From the NCBI GenBank assembly GCA_964459145.1, contig CAYWKC010000004.1:1-36787 (forward strand): a DNA stretch of 36,787 nucleotides. Direction: 5' to 3'. Numbering within the stretch: position 1 is the stretch's first letter; each line of letters opens with the position of its first letter. The position numbers and the translations under genes are program-made. Below are positions 35,955 to 36,787 of the stretch, one piece after another. The stretch comes from an uncultured Candidatus Saccharibacteria bacterium. Lineage in GTDB: Bacteria; Patescibacteriota; Minisyncoccia; Phycocordibacterales; UBA12079. Below the pieces are notes generated by a model. That model saw only the letters and a list, made by a program, of their open reading frames with translations, was not told the origin of the DNA and ran no database searches.

Positions 35955-36785
35955 TTACTCCACGCCCTCCAAGGCGGGGAGTTTGGCAACGATAGTTGCC
36001 AGGCCCTTATTCTCCAAGATTGATGGAATTTGTCCTGGAGCAAGGCAGTCCACGGAAGCAATCCTCTCCGGGTGATCCAGAAAGAACTCGCGGACAGAAG
36101 GCACCTTGGCCTTCCAGGAATAAACGAGGCTCCAACCAACTCCTCTAGAGCAGTTGGCTGCTCGATAGCCAAACCTTGGGCTATCGAGATCGGTTGTCTC
36201 GTACCAACCGAATTTTTCGGGATACGGGATCTTCCCAAAATCAATCCCGTATAGTTCATTCCACATATCAAGGATGGGGATTCGACCCTCATCCTCGTTC
36301 AGATACATCCAATCCACCCAACGATTTTCCACGGCCATTTTGATCCAGGTGATGACCGCAGCAACCATTGGAACGTCCATATAAACCCACTCTCGGGACA
36401 ATCTTTCGAAGGCCTCTATAAAAGCTTCCTTACTCAAAATTGTTCCTTCTGCCAGTCTGAGGACGACGATGGAAAATCCTTGGTAATAACCAGGATAACC
36501 GACAAAATTGGGAATGTCTCTAGTGGCCATTTCTATATGGCCCCAAAAGAATCTTTCCCCCATGGGATATGAAGTATCGTCCCATGTCTTAAGGTCTCCC
36601 CAAACTGGGGAGTAAACTCCGCACCTTTTCACGATGGCTTGGTGATAACCAAGCCACATGTGGTTTTCATAGTTAGGACCATCAGGACCCAAAGCTGGAG
36701 TCCCAAAAACGAGAATATCCCCTCGTTGAAGATCAAAGGCATCGGCGCTAAATCCGCCGACAACCATCATCATTGCCACAAAAAA
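35955..36785 (-). CDS. Secreted protein, probable permuted papain-like amidase (YiiX/YaeF-like); 5' end probably outside the window
   Basis: Frame open to the window edge; signal-peptide-like end (SADA-F); LQRGDILVF, HQAIV, NCSRGV, LAPGQI in permuted His-then-Cys order. Confidence 0.5.
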   Translation of the reverse strand, partial: FFVAMMMVVGGFSADAFDLQRGDILVFGTPALGPDGPNYENHMWLGYHQAIVKRCGVYSPVWGDLKTWDDTSYPMGERFFWGHIEMATRDIPNFVGYPGYYQGFSIVVLRLAEGTILSKEAFIEAFERLSREWVYMDVPMVAAVITWIKMAVENRWVDWMYLNEDEGRIPILDMWNELYGIDFGKIPYPEKFGWYETTDLDSPRFGYRAANCSRGVGWSLVYSWKAKVPSVREFFLDHPERIASVDCLAPGQIPSILENKGLATIVAKLPALEGVE

Positions 36786-36787
36786 CA

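Noticed and set aside
1047-36292. Many short antisense or alternate-frame ORFs in the track (e.g. 1909-2436, 2034-2723, 9234-9626, 27064-27294, 35822-36292)
   Set aside because: They overlap well-supported genes and have the composition of shadow ORFs, with no recognisable motifs
1-36787. Alternative genetic code (TGA=Gly), tRNA/rRNA genes, transposase
   Set aside because: Conserved genes are intact in code 11 with TGA used as a stop (proS, hisS); no cloverleaf, rRNA or transposase motifs seen

Overview
AT-rich core-genome segment, most likely from a Patescibacteria/CPR (Parcubacteria-like) bacterium using the standard genetic code; the taxonomy is inferred from the short ProRS, compact RpoB, Lys-rich RpoD N-terminus, GNVGIGT-repeat protein and frr-rseP-proS without uppS/cdsA/dxr. 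Gene order: 3' end of a GNVGIGT/chaperone-type fibre protein; an Ig-like surface protein; gap-rpiB-rpe-transketolase N-half; mnmA; ATP-cone/nuclease; frr-rseP-proS; mreB-mreC-(mreD-like)-mrdA; greA-lysS-rpsP; rpoB-rpoC-dnaG-rpoD; a truncated wHTH gene; an HTH-HATPase-STAS-like gene; a UvrD-nuclease fusion; then on the minus strand DsbA-like, RNase H-like exonuclease, hisS and a probable permuted papain-like amidase. No rRNA, tRNA, CRISPR array or transposase was seen. The unusual content is sub-genic: (1) four 98-137 bp elements bounded by ACC(C/T)TGTTAAATA inverted repeats that fill gene junctions, supply or abut stop codons and sit just before start codons; (2) several families of 15-33 bp palindromes inserted without frameshift in gap, tkt, mnmA, uvrD, hisS, rpiB and a surface protein; (3) sigma70-type promoters placed for leaderless mRNAs; (4) non-canonical residues in the RpoB rifampicin pocket and next to the RpoC catalytic motif. 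All calls are by eye, with no database searches.
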